Shown in pieces: positions 14,202-26,670 of a stretch of DNA of 64,000 nucleotides (positions within the stretch are counted from its first letter, which is position 1; the number at the start of each line of letters is the position of its first letter). This DNA is from Cycas panzhihuaensis (taxonomy: Eukaryota > Plantae > Cycadophyta). The stretch lies in assembly GCA_023213395.1 (NCBI GenBank), contig CM041465.1, positions 123,635,741-123,699,740 on the forward strand. The letters are read 5' to 3'. Both the position numbers and the translations under genes were made by a program. The notes beneath the pieces are model-generated. The model ran no database searches, had not been told where the DNA came from, and worked only from the letters and a program-made list of their open reading frames with translations.

Positions 14202-14417
14202 TGTAGAAGCTAATGCTTTATCTAGGTTTATGATGTATTCCTAAAGTATTTAATTGAGGGTCCTCAACCCTTCTCCTCTCCTCTCTCAAGGTGACAAGTG
14301 GCACAATCTTGTTGAGTGGTTGTCATTTGTACCTTCTCTATAATTGTATATATACAATCAAATGATTCATCAATAATATAAAGAGCATTCATCAATTGTC
14401 ATATTGAACCTCTGGCA
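14202..14417 (+). repeat. 5' LTR of C2
   Basis: TG...CA; matches 19449-19664. Confidence 0.97.
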
Positions 14418-14945
14418 TGGTATAAGAGCAGGTCATTGGGTCCTCCTATCTGTGAAAGAGTTAAGCCAGGATTTTTCTAAAGAAGAAAGATTGAATTAAG
14501 TCATTATCAAAGAACATTCTCTTCTAAAAGTCAAATTCATTCAAAGCAAATGTTAATCCAGTTTGGAAGGAGATCGTATGATCGTACAGAAGTGTACGAC
14601 CTTATATGGGTGCCAAAATTCAAAGTCCTTAGAATTTGATGAAACTTACCCAGATTGTAGATTAGGCCCTCCTCGACACATTTCTCTTCTGGAATGACAT
14701 CATTTGAAGTCATTTTGGTGCAGTTTTGACTAGTCACAAGGGCACATGAGTTTAAGGCTTCTTCTCTTCAAAAATATTCAAAATTCTTTAAGAAATCGCT
14801 GATTTAAGGTGCCAAAAACTCCTCTCATCTTTGATTGATAGTGTTAAGTTTATATTTCAAGAGATTCAATCTAATTTTTCAAAGATTTTTCTCTATATTC
14901 TCTTAAACCCTTGGGTGTGGGTTTTCACCTTCTTGCCGTCATATC

Positions 14946-15198
14946 TCTTAGACCTGAAATAGTTTTAAGATAATAAACACATTTTTGGATACCCATTTAT
15001 GAGTACTTTAGTTTAGGACCATCATTTTTCTTATCCATATAGTTTGGGTTCTATGCAGATTTTTACCTTCTTATTATCGTATCACTCAGACTTAAGATAG
15101 TTTTAAGATAATAAACACATTTTTGGATACCCATTTTTAAGTAGTTCAATTTGGGGCCATCATTTTTCTTATTCCTACACTTTGGGTTCTATATGGAA
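14946..15198. repeat. ~138-bp-period direct repeat in the C2 leader
   Basis: atagttttaagataataaacacatttttggatacccattt...ccatcatttttcttat...tttgggttctat occurs twice. Confidence 0.85.
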
Positions 15199-15269
15199 TT
15201 CCATACAACCATATGTACACCTGTCCTTGCAGCCTCCTGTCATTAAATCTAACCTTCTGAACAGTCAAC

Positions 15270-18200
15270 TCACAAATAATTATGCTGCCTCTATTGGATC
15301 ACTGCCTAAAAATGATAAATTAACTGAAATGAATTTTAATATTTGGAAGATAAAAATAGAGGGTCTCTTGAGGGCAAAACATACCTCGAAGATTACCACT
15401 GGGAAGAAAAACAACCATCTGACGTTGTAGATTTAATCAACTGGGAAGAAAAGAACAATACAGCAGTCTCTATATTCAAACTCTCAATTTCTGATCCCCT
15501 GTTGGTATATGTGGATGGCTTAGAACATGCTAGTGAAATATGGAAAATAATGTCCTCAATGTTCAGTAGAAAAAATGAAGTAAGAATTGTGGCTATAAGG
15601 GAAGAACTTTATAAATTAAAAATGAGGGAAGGTCAAACCATGTTAGAATTCATAACAAGGCTAACCAATATTTGAATTGCTCTTCTCACTATTGGAGACA
15701 AGTTGACTGACACCGAGTTGATATATCTTGTACTTAACAAACTTCTTAAATCTTTTGATAATATGGTAAACATGCTAACAGGGGGAGGGCAAACTGTCAC
15801 ATTGACTTTTAATATTCTTATAGGTCATATGTTAAGTCAAGAATAGAGAAACCAAAGATATGAAGAAGACTTAGAAGTTGAAGAAGCGTTTATCACCAAA
15901 CTCCACTTAGGAGGCAAAGGACAAGGATAACATAATCCAAGGTTACAAGGAAGAGCACCAACTACTTACAGGGGATGTTGGATTGAAGGAAGAGGACGAG
16001 GAAGAAATCCACCACGAGATGCTAGAGTTTGCTTCAACTGCGACAAACTAGACCATTTTTTGAGTAACTATAGAGCCTTTAAGATCTGCTATCATTGTGA
16101 ACAAACAGGTATTTTCCATACCAGTGGTACCAGAGACGAGCTGAAATTCAGAAAGGAAAATAATAGGTGACTAGAAATTACAACAGAGAAAAAGACACAG
16201 TAGAAGAAGAAGTCAAAACAACCTTCATTGCAGCATTAACCACAAATGCCAAAGCAGCAGAAAATTTGTACATTGATTTAGGAGCTATACATCATATGGC
16301 AGGCATTGAATAATGGTTTAAAGTCATCAAACCCTATGACCTTAATAAATTTGTTGAGTTAGGAGACAATTTTTCTTTGCATATAAAAGGAATAGGACAA
16401 ATTGCTATATGAATTGACGGAAAGTTCAATGCATAGGCAATGTCTTCTTGGTACTAGGAATGATGAAGAATCTTTTGTCAATGTCTCAGTTAAGTGACAA
16501 AAAACTAAGAACAGTATTTGATGAATTTGGTTTTTGTTACAACCTTGATATGAAAAACAATGGCACTGTAATAGCCAAAGGAGAAAAGTGTAATAGGTTG
16601 TATAAACTTCTCTCCACTATTGTACTACCTGATAAAGGTTCTACTAAAATACCTCTGATGTAAAGTTTCTTACTATAACCAATACTAATACTAATACTAA
16701 TGGAATATGGCATTTGACGTATGGTCATATCTCTCATGATAGGTTAGAAAAATTAAAGAAATTCAAGCTGGTGAATGGCTTACTAGATATTTATTTCAAT
16801 TATTTTGTATGCAAAGGTTATATGATGGGAAAACAATACAAGATTCCATTCTAAAAAAGCACGTGACATGCACAAAATAAGTTGGACCTGATACATGCTA
16901 ATATGTGTGGACCGTTCACACCAGTTTCAACAAATGAGGCAAGGTATTTCCTAACCTTTATGGATGATTTTTCAAGGAAAACATAGATATGCTTTCTTTC
17001 CAACAAATCAGAGTCATTTAGCTATTTCAAAGAATTCAAGGCAAAAATTGAATTGAAAAGTAATAAGAAAATTAAATGTATCCGTTTAGATGAAGGGCAG
17101 AATTTACATCTAATGAATTCCTCTATTTTTGCAAAACCCATAGAATTCATAGACAGTTTGTAACTCTTTATACACCTCAATCAAATGGGGTTGTAGAAAT
17201 AATAAATAGAACTATTGTAGAAATGGTTCGATGTATGCTAAACAATAGTGAGATAGCTAATAAATACTGGGTAGAAGTTGTACATACAATTTTATACTTA
17301 ATCAATAGAAGTCCTACTCAGTCACTAGATAATGTAACACCTAAAGAAGCATGGACGAGACATAAGTACAAAATAAGTCATCTGAATATTTTCGGTTGCA
17401 AAGTGTATGCTCACATCTTTGATAAGAAAAGGACTAAGTTGGATAATAAAAGCATAGAATGCATAATGGTTGGGTGCAGTAGCCGTTCAAAAGTATATAG
17501 ATGTCTTGATCCAAAGACAAATAAACTGTACGTAAGTAGGGATATAATCTTTAATAAGAAAAAAGAACTTGATAAAACAGTGCCTCAAGAAATAAATACT
17601 GACGATAAAAAACCACAAACTATTCAATTAGAAGATAAATCAGATATTACCTCTCAGAGTATTAGAATAAAAATGGCACTTCAAAGGAAATGATGTCAAA
17701 TAACCAACAAGCATATGATTTCGACACTCATCTATCCAATATGCAACAAGGCAATGGTTCAGATACTCATACAAAAGACGAAGAAACCAAGTCACCACAA
17801 GAACATTTCTCAAAACAAGTACCAAAATGGTATCTCAAGACCCTTGAGGAAACAAAAGGAGAAATATTTGAACATCGAACCAGATCTTAGAAACCACAAG
17901 CCTTAGTGTGCTCCAACGAAACAAGCTCTTATATAGAAGCAAGTAACTCTCAAGACTAGAAAGCGACAATGGACACAAAGATTGAAGCCATACATAAAAA
18001 TAAAACATGGGACTTAATACCAGCTCCTGAAGATAAACCTATTATAAATTATAAATGGGTGTACAAAATAAAGGAAAAGTTGAATGGGGAAGTTGAGAAA
18101 TACAAGGTGACGCTGGTCGCAAAAGGTGACACACAAACAGATAGAATTGATTATGAAAAAACATTCTCTCCATTAGCAAAGCTAAATACAGTAAGAACTG

Positions 18201-19430
18201 TGATCACAATTGTAGCTCAAAAAGGATGGAAGATCTATCAAATGGATGTTAAAAGTGCATTCTTAAATGGGGATCTATAGGAAGAAGTGTATATGTATCA
18301 GCCTGAAGGATACATAAAATTAGGATAGGAAAATATGGTCTACAAATTCAGAAAAGCATTGTATGGTCTCTAACAAGCACCAAGAGCCTGGTATGGATTC
18401 ATATCTCACTCAAAATAGCTTCCACCGATGTGAATCAAATCACAATCTATACATGAAATCCAATCAAAGCTTAACATCTATCATAGTGGTATATGTAGAT
18501 GACATGCTGATTACTAGAGATCATGAGGATTCAATAACATTTATCAAAAAGTGATTCAAGAAGGTTTTTGAAATGATAGATCTAGGAATGTTGCACTATT
18601 ACCTCGATATAGAAATAGAACAAAACAATCACTCCATTGTTCTTTCATAGTCCAGATATGTCAAAATTTTACTAAGGAAATTTAAAATAGATGGCTATAA
18701 TAGTTCCACCACACCAATGGAAAATGAAATTATAATAAGCATAGAACAATGAGCACACCCTATTGATATAATTATATACAGACAATTGATTAGAAGTCTA
18801 ATTTATCTCACAGCCACATGATCTGACATTTTGTATGCAGTCAGTATAGTCTCTAGGTTTATGGAAAATCCCAAAGTCCATCATTGGAATGCTGCAAAGA
18901 GAATCCTATGATACTTGAAGGGAACAAGAGGTCTTGGATTGGAATATAAAAGAGAGAACAATATGCACCTAACTAGGTTTTGTGACTCAGACTGGGCTGG
19001 AGACAAAATAGATAGGAAATCTACAACAGGGTACTATTTCTTTCTAGGGGAATCATTGATCTTTTAGAGTAGTAAAAAGCAACATACGATTGCATTGTCT
19101 TTAATAGAATTTGAATACAAGGCAACAATTAATGCAGCATGTGAAGAAGTATGAATCAGACAACTCCTGAATGATCTAGGACAGAAGCAAGTGGTGCCTA
19201 CTCAGATATTTTGTGATAATCAAAGCACAATCAAAATGACAAAGAACCTAGTGTTGCATGCAAGAACAAAGCACATAGAAGTGCACCATCACTTCATCAA
19301 AGAAAAAGTGTAGAACAGAGAAATTAAGCTTCAGCATTGTACTTTAGGAGAACAAACAGCTAACGTTCTTACGAAATCTCTTGGCAGGGAAAAATCTTTT
19401 TCTTTAGAAATCAATTAGGATTAAGATAGA
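15270..19430 (+). pseudogene. gag-pol: copia gag-pol pseudogene of C2
   Basis: gag NFNIWKIKIEGLL (15182-15675); two CCHC remnants ~16030-16120; PR YIDLGA ~16270; INT 17223-17693; RT 17969-18554 (YQMDVKSAFLNG, VYVDDM); RNase H ~18980-19380. Confidence 0.94.
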
Positions 19431-19448
19431 TAAAACATTAAGAGGGGG

Positions 19449-19664
19449 TGTAGAAGCTAATGTTTTATTTAGGTTTATGATGTGTTCCTAAAGTATTTAA
19501 TTGAGGGTCTTCAACCCTTCTCCTCTCCTCTCTCAAGGTGACAAGTGGCACAATCATGTTGAGCAGTTGTCATTTGTACCTTCTCCACAATTGTATATAT
19601 ACAATCAAATGATTGACCAATAATATGAAGAGCATTCATCAATTGTCATATTGGACCTCTAACA
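19449..19664 (+). repeat. 3' LTR of C2
   Basis: TG...CA; matches 14202-14417. Confidence 0.97.
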
Positions 19665-20052
19665 TGACTTTTATGGTTTATCACCTCCTACTCTTTTTGA
19701 TCTCAAAGATGATACTCTTATTTATATTAAATATCTTAAAAATCAACACTCTATGAACAAATAGCTCCCTTTATATAAATAAACACCTTCCTTAAAAGGC
19801 CCATTCATGGGTATTTATGACATGTCAGTTCAATTTGAGATCATCATTTGAAATATTTATTAGAGCTATGGCTATTTGGAGGAACCCACAGGCCACAGTG
19901 GAATCCTGGAGGAGCCCTCACCTTAAAGAGGACAAGCATCCGCTATTATCTACTATTTTTTATATTATTTCACTACTTATTTAATATTATTCTTATATTT
20001 ATGATTACTTTGTCATGAAAAATATTATCGAACTTTGGGGGCTTGTAATAGG

Positions 20053-20064
20053 TGGTATTAGAGC
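20053..20064 (+). promoter_or_regulatory. Orphan iMet PBS of an older host LTR element (probable target of C2 and C3 insertions)
   Basis: gtaata-gg-TGGTATTAGAGC, i.e. a decayed LTR end followed by a PBS. No partner LTR found. Confidence 0.55.
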
Positions 20065-20919
20065 ACAATGAGCATCTTTAGAATCACAATCAATACTTCA
20101 AGAAGGTATTGGACAACTATGTACTATCGTGGGCACTAAGTGAAGGTTGTGAGCATTTTAGTTAAATTGTGACCACCTTTTAAACTTCATTGGCCATTAT
20201 TCAGATCATCGCTAGTGCTATTGAGTATAATTATTAGATAATAGGGATAGGAGGAAGGAATAGCTCTACATTAGCATTGACACAGGGCATAAACTCTATT
20301 ATAAGGCCATACCCTAACATGGGTGTTGGTGGGTGTCTCTCATTTAGCACATGGGACTTACTCAACATTTCAGATGTTAGGAAATTCCCAAAAGGCATTT
20401 TCATAGTGTGGCATCCAACAACGAGCCATTCAGAATGTGTGCCTCAGCTTTATCTCCTTCAACATCCAATTTAAACAAACCTACATGAAGAGGAGTTTAC
20501 ATGGTAAGTCGTGTGATGAGTAAATATAGGAAAGAGTCATGGATTTTAGAAAAAAATAAAATTCATTTTTCTAAAATCAAAAGAAATTAAATTCAATTGC
20601 ATTAGAGATTAGAATCTACCTCCTACCAAATAACCTTGGCTACATGAGATATTGCATGTGATTAGATGTTTTTACAAAGAGGGATTAAGCCTATTTCTTA
20701 GTCTTTTATCGTACTCTTGATACCTATTTGTGCTTACATCATGGTATCTTTTAACTGCAAGCTCGAATTATAGTATTTCTTTTTTTTTATTATTAGAACC
20801 TACACTCAAATGCCTTAAAAATAGATATATACATGACCATCTTTAGAGTTCTATAGCCTTAGAATTTTATTCTTGAAATTAAATGAAAGATTTGAAGGGG
20901 CTTTTGTAAGAATTAAAAT

Positions 20920-21116
20920 TGTTAGAGTAGTAACATTTTATCTTTTATTTTTTGAAGTTAGAGGGTTATGTGTCCAACCCCTCTTTCATTCTATCTTAAT
21001 AGTTGGCCTATATGCTTAGGCTCACTTGTATACATAATATATATTTATACCAATATATTTGTTTCTCTTATTAATGCAAGGAAGTAACTTATTCTTTAAT
21101 TCTTATTATTTTGACA
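20920..21116 (+). repeat. 5' LTR of C3
   Basis: TGTTAG...TTGACA; matches 47724-47915. Confidence 0.92.
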
Positions 21117-21934
21117 TGGTATCAGAGCAGGTCTATTAAAAGTCTAAGAGAGATCTGACTAAGATTTTTTTAAAGAAGTTAAGAAGTTCAAAGTATTTAT
21201 AAGAGAGAGCGGACATTTATGCATTTATTATAAGCACATTAATTATTATACAAAATCGTATGGGATTTTACGAATAAAAATTTTCAAGTGCTCAAAATTG
21301 AATGAAATTTCATATGTAGACTCATCTCAGTAAGAAGAATCTACTATTCCAAAGACTCATCTCTAAATTTTACTTCATTCAACAGGGATTGTGAATTTTT
21401 AAAGGTGCGGATTTGATATTTCAAACTCAAATTTCTCTCATTTTACTTCATATCAATGAGTTAAATCTATCCTAAATCTTCATCTGGATATTATCTTTCA
21501 ATTGAATGTCAGTTTATTAGATTTAATCAAGTGTTTAAAAAGAAACGAGTATGTTTTACTTTTAAACCCTAGTTGGTTATATACCTTTTGGGCCTTCTCT
21601 AAGCAAACCAAAAGTTAAATAAATAAATAAATAAAGATTAGAATAGAGTAGATCACAAGCTTCAATTTAAGTCAATTTTATTAAAATTTATGTAATTATA
21701 CTTTTCTATACTATTCTCTATAATTATAGGGTTGTACGGCCAATGACTACTATTTTTTTATCCGTAACATTCGCTCTTAGTTTAGTCTTCAAATTTTCAA
21801 AAAATGGTTTTAGTTTTTTTCTCTTTGTGACTCTAATAAACTCATTAGACAAAACTATAATACTTGGAAGTTAAAAATACTAGGTCTTTTAATGGATAAA
21901 AATGCATAAAATATTATCATTGGAAAATAAACAT

Positions 21935-21993
21935 TATATTTCTATTTCCTACATTTGGTATCAGAGCAGTTTAGCTACATTCTATTTCCTACA
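21935..21993 (+). mobile_element. 59-bp micro-insertion: LTR-end / PBS / LTR-end
   Basis: Direct repeat ttctatttcctaca (21940-21953, 21980-21993) flanks a perfect PBS (21956-21967). TSD-like aacat/aaaat. Removal restores the gag reading frame. Confidence 0.72.
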
Positions 21994-22526
21994 AAAATTA
22001 ATTAATATATTAGATTTAATCAATTAGGAGGAAAGGGATAGGATTGCATATGTTGCCATTATGTTATCTATTGGATATTCATTATTAAGTCACATTAGTG
22101 AAGTCAACACATATGTTGATGCATAGAGAATTCTAGCCTCTCTCTACAACTAGAAGAATGAAAGCTCATATAATCTCTCTTAGAAAACACCTGTACAAGT
22201 TCCATTTAAAGGAAGGAGAATCCACCTCAAATTTTATTACTAAAATAATAGAAGTTAAGGACAATTTGGTCTCAGTAAGAGAAATAGTGTCTAATTTTGA
22301 AATTATTTATCTTACACTAAATAAACTTCTAAAATCCTATGATACTATGGTAAATAATTTTACCATTGGTGGGCATGCTACTAATATGTCTTTTGAAATT
22401 TTAACGAGACATATGTTACAGTAGGAATAAAGAATTAAAAGATATAAAGAAGAGATTAAAATTGAAAAATACTTTATTTTAAAGATGAAAATAGATGGCA
22501 AAGGTTGTTCCAAAAGCATTCCAAGA

Positions 22527-22628
22527 GGAATAGGCAAGTTTGCTATAAGAAAGACATTAAAAGGATGAGGTGGAATTGGAATAGGCAAGTTTGCTATAAG
22601 AAAGATAGTAAAAGGATGAGGTAGAATT
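22527..22628 (+). repeat. 51-bp tandem duplication in the C3 gag R/G-rich linker
   Basis: ggaataggcaagtttgctataagaaaga...aaaaggatgaggt.gaatt occurs twice. Confidence 0.9.
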
Positions 22629-23267
22629 ATATAGTCATCGGAAGGACAAGGCAGGTCCATACCAACAGATTTCTAGCCCTACTATTATTGTGGTAGATAT
22701 GGACATTTTTTTAGTGATCATATATTTTATAATATGCCAACTTACTATCATTGTGGATGAGTAAGACATCATGCTAACCATTCTCCTCAAAGCATGTAAA
22801 AATTTAGAGAGAAAAAAGAGTTGAAGTTATTAAAATATACAATGTTTAATATATTTGTTGTACACATATACTTCCCACCATTGACATACATTGAGATATG
22901 TGAGATGTACACATATCCATGTTATCACTCTATTGGATAATATAAAGGCTCGTAATATATGATAGACTACTCATGAGGTGATCTCACTATGTATATGTAC
23001 ACTCACCACTTAAAAACTTGAGTAAGGAGAGAGGAGAAAGATGTAAACCTTATTATCATAAGCGAAGTCCTAACTCCACTTTCTCTTGTGGTTTTTTCCA
23101 CAATGGATTTTTGACATATACATCTTAGTGTCTACCTTATGGTAATGCTTATACTTGGTGAATGCATGCTTTATATATTTGATATTTGATATTCATTTTG
23201 ATTAATTCATTATATGTAAATTCTCATGAATTCATATTTTTCTATTATTATTGCATCATTTATCTTA

Positions 23268-23425
23268 TGGTATTAGAGCAGCTACAATCATATTTTAACA
23301 TGGGATCATAACTAATCTCGATATTCCTAATATTTTATCATGGTATCAGAGTAACTACAATCATATTTTAACATGGAATCAAAGTTAATCTCAATATTTC
23401 TAATATTTTATCATGGTATCAAAGC
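23268..23425 (+). repeat. Array of five iMet PBS-like 12-mers with alternating 21/28-nt spacers
   Basis: PBS-like copies at 23268, 23301, 23341, 23374, 23414; spacers end in AACA or ATCA. Confidence 0.9.
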
Positions 23426-26400
23426 CTATAGTTTTCAGATATGAGGTATATTTGTTGACCTAGAAGTATGCATATGCCAGTGATATGCACGACTGATAAC
23501 AGGGCAAATAGAGTCAGTCAAAGTCACATACAACAGATGCTAATGGTATGTTGATATGTTGAGTTTATCATGGATATTCATTTATACATATAGGTGCCTA
23601 TATTCTAGAAGCATGGAGGTACTTAAGTAGTATATTAGAATGAAGTATTTAACCCATCAGTGGATCGAGAAAAAGTAAGCATGTACAATAACATGTTGAT
23701 AGATACAGATAGTTTATAATAGCACCAAAAAGGTATGTGACAACTAATAGTTAAGTGGCATGATATGATTTTGTTAAAAGCATTATGATAAGAAAATATA
23801 TTAATCTTGACATATGAAATATATGCAAGGGTAATTTTTTATTACAACGGCATAAAATTTTATTATATGGACAATAACATATATATGAATGAATTTGATG
23901 TATATGGTATGAATTATTTGTGGGAGCATGAAAAAGAATTTTACAGTGACATAAATTTTATATGGGTGTAATTGGAACAAATTGATGAATATGAAAATTA
24001 CATGAGGGCATGATTATTTGTTTATTATGATAGAACGTCAAACCTCATGATGATGACATGCAAAAATAATATAGGCATGAGTAAATTGACAATTATATTA
24101 TATAGGCATTTTATTAAATGAATGGAATTTTTTTTTTATGAGACATTAATATGGATAAAATTATGGTTTTATGGAATAATATTATGGAAAGAAAATATAT
24201 ATTATTATCAACACAATTTGATCCCTATTTGCCAGGCAATAGTAATACACAATTTTCTTGATATTATCTCTGTTGTTGGAACAATAGGAACTACTTCAAT
24301 GCTCTTTGGTGCTAATTATTTGAGGGCATGGAGGAATGATAGTTTGTCCAGTAAATACCCTACTAGATAGAGCACGTAGTTAACAATGATCAAATTTACT
24401 ATACCAACAATTGGAATGTTTATAGGTCTACATGTTTGTTGTTGTAGCTTATCCATAGCCTGTCTGCAAACAATTATTCCCATGTATGGAGGCCCAAACA
24501 GAGTCAACAACCATCACACTTACCATTACAAAGGATCTATAGACACAACGAAGAGATGATCGCCCAAACACATAGGAGACGACGCCCTTATACAACACTC
24601 ACCATCATGCCCACAACTATTAAGATAGGAGAAACCCTTGTGGCCATCCTAGTCATAATTGCCCAAAGACCCAAAGCAAACAGTGCCTGAACTTAGAGAT
24701 CAATTGTCTTCTCCATATAAGAAAGATTACATAACCATCATTATGGAGAAATGAAGAACAATTGGACTATGCCAAGCCACACTAAATTACGCATGCATAT
24801 GCTCATAGATCTAAGCACAAAGAAATAACTATGAAAATTCACCATGCTCGTTGCCATTAAATGCCCATGGCTTTATGAAATTATCAATAGCAAATTTATT
24901 TTTCACACAAATTATCTTTATATGCAAGCAAAATTATTTTATGCAAAGATTTGATTTTTAACATAAAAAAAATTGCATATGGTTTGAAAACTTTAAGTGA
25001 ATTGGATGTTTTTTTCAATTCTACAAAGCTCTTGATAGGTCAATAAGTGGTCACATGGTTAGTTCATATGAGCAGGGGTATGCTCCAAAATGGAGTAAAA
25101 TGAATTGAAAAACTTTTTATTTTTTAAAAAATTTATTTAATATTTGATAATATTTCAATTCTGCCTCCATTTTCTTAAAGATCATATAATTTTTAATGGG
25201 TCACTAGCACATTTTACTATATAACTTCTCACTTGTGTATTAGATTCAGGTGTTGTCAGTTGCGTTGGAAAGTACACTTTGAGACGATCAAAATAAGTGA
25301 TCAAGTAATATGCTTCAAATAGTAGATGATAGAGAAAATCAAGGGTAAATTTGATGTAAATGATCCAAACCTCATATAGGATAAATTCTATACCTATTTT
25401 CAAGAAACTTTTAGCCAGTTCTTATGTTTTCTATGGCTCTAAACATGATGGTAAAGTTATTCTTGAGTAATGGTTGATGAAAAATAAAGTTTAAATTAAA
25501 ATCAAGCATTTTAAGGCCCATTTATGACATTTTGAGGCATATTTCAATTGAAAAAAATCATTAAATAAGAAACATTTGATGGATTTGTAACATAAGATAT
25601 CCTTGATATGATGGTTATTCATTTCCCCCTTGGCAACATCACATTTGGTTTAGTAGATAGCAAACCCTAAACAAACATGCAGATCGCCTAGTTATTAAAA
25701 TAGTTTCTTTTATGACAAGGAGAAACCACTTGTTATTTGGCACACCACATTAGTTATTGATGCTATCCAACTAGATGTTGAGTATAGTTTACCTTATTAT
25801 AGTTAACTTGTCTTAGCCAAATAATTCAACCTATTCCTAAAGTTAGATTGTTCAAGATGTGATCCAGTTGTTCACTTGGTCCACCTAATGCTACACTTAC
25901 ACAACAATCTCAATTATGTTATTCCTACAAATAATTTAGAAGGATGATAAACCATGTATCCAAAGCAATTTCCTAGTGAACTAATGATTACAATGGTTAG
26001 TTACCCATGTATCTTGGCAAATGGTTATTGTTTTATATGGACTCATACATTACTTTACTTGATTCTTGATTTGATAAATGGTTAATAGGATGTTAATCAT
26101 CCAAGTTAATATTGATTAAAAGTATCTATATAGGTGAAGATATGGAGTTGTGCATAAAAGCACTTCATATATATTAGAGTTTTATACATGTTAATGCTTG
26201 ATGAAAATAAGCATATGGTTACAAGTTATAAATGATACTGCATACAGGATACAGGATACAATGATAGGTTATAGGTTCCAACATACAGGTTGAAGACATG
26301 AAAACTTGAGATCAAAATCTAAAGATAATAAACATCAAGGGAGAGTGTTAAAATATGCAATGTTTAATATATTTGTTATACACATATACCTCCTACCATT

Positions 26401-26670
26401 CACATACATCGAGATATATGAGATGCACACATACCTATGTTATTACTCTATTGAATAATGTAAAGACTCGTAATATATGATAGATTGATCATGAGGTAAT
26501 CTCAATATATATATGTACACTCACCACTTGAGAACTTGAGCAAGGAGAAAGCAGAAATATGTAAACTTTATGATCATAAGTAGAGTCCTAACTCCACCTT
26601 CTCTTATGATTTTTTCCATAGTGGATTTTCCACATATACATCTTAGTGTCTATCTTGTAGTGATGCTTAC

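Larger units (their letters stand above)
14202..19664 (+). mobile_element. Full-length degenerate Ty1/copia element C2
   Basis: 216-bp LTRs 14202-14417 and 19449-19664 (15 differences by manual count); perfect TSD tgact; PBS tggtataagagc 14418-14429; PPT agaggggg 19441-19448; gag-PR-INT-RT-RH. Confidence 0.97.
21800..22827 (+). pseudogene. gag: gag of C3 (interrupted)
   Basis: NYNTWKLKILGLL; ORF 22158-22424 (LRKHLYKFHLKEGES); CCHC remnants 22680-22790. Confidence 0.88.

Noticed and set aside
23268-23425. CRISPR array
   Set aside because: The repeat is the 12-nt iMet PBS, spacers alternate rather than being unique, there are no cas genes, and the context is eukaryotic LTR DNA.
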